Below are positions 63,591-64,000 of a DNA stretch of 64,000 nucleotides, in pieces (position 1 is the first letter of the stretch; every line of letters begins with the position of its first letter). Below the pieces are notes generated by a model, which was not told the DNA's origin, made no database searches, and saw only the letters and a program-made list of their open reading frames with translations. The translations under genes and the position numbers were made by a program. Origin of the DNA: Lama glama (taxonomy: Eukaryota); the NCBI GenBank assembly GCA_028534125.1, contig CM052818.1, forward strand, positions 40,550,001-40,614,000, given 5' to 3'.

Positions 63591-64000
63591 TAACCAAGAG
63601 TTGGGTGGTAAGTAAGGCAGCATCTGGAGCACGCTGGTGTCTTAGGGCTCAAAAACAGAGAAAGAGAAAAGTCAAGAGATGGTAATGGTACTAATGGAAA
63701 TAAGAAAGGAACTTCCATAGAAAATCAGGGTACTCAGGGAATAATTTAACCATTAACCAACGGGATCTCTATCTTAGGAAATAAATGCTGCTTGATACCC
63801 GTCTTCTCCACTTCGGCATCCCGAAGCCTCCCTGTGAAGCTCATTCACTGCAAGCATCTTTGATGTGCAATCCGTAATGTGTTCTATTTGTTGACTGATT
63901 GTGTTGACATTATTTTCCCCTCCACCAATTACATTTTTTTCTTAAGTCACCATCCTGGGTTTCTGAAATAGTCAAATTGGTGCTGAAAGGGACTCTAAAG

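Noticed and set aside
1..64000. CRISPR arrays, operons, tRNA/rRNA genes or a novel multi-gene system
   Set aside because: No regularly spaced repeats, no recognisable structured-RNA genes and no gene-dense coding sequence; this is mammalian repeat-rich noncoding DNA.

Overview
64 kb of AT-rich, CpG-depleted placental-mammal DNA (intergenic or deep intronic), split by a run of exactly 500 N (30840-31339), so the two halves may be separately assembled contigs. I find no supportable host protein-coding gene, RNA gene or CRISPR-like array. The ORF-track entries with recognisable protein are decayed LINE-1 ORF2 pieces. A large share of the window is transposon debris: ancient MIR, L2, L1M, MER/Tigger and MaLR/ERVL LTRs, several solo LTRs with visible TG..CA ends and target-site duplications (TSDs), and four copies of one younger L1 3' end. 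That L1 tail and the lack of Alu/B1/Bov/PRE/CAN SINEs suggest a camelid or similar laurasiatherian (inference). Most notable: a multiply deleted L1 with an internal inversion bounded by an inverted duplication (44205-46639); a Tigger2-ended element carrying foreign internal sequence (28646-29111); a solo LTR of a family I cannot name (37952-38496); a recursive-splice-type AG|GTAAGT motif; a near-perfect CTCF site; and a few candidate enhancers. I see no evidence for a new multi-gene system. Family names come from recalled consensus sequences, not a database search, and boundaries of old repeats are approximate.
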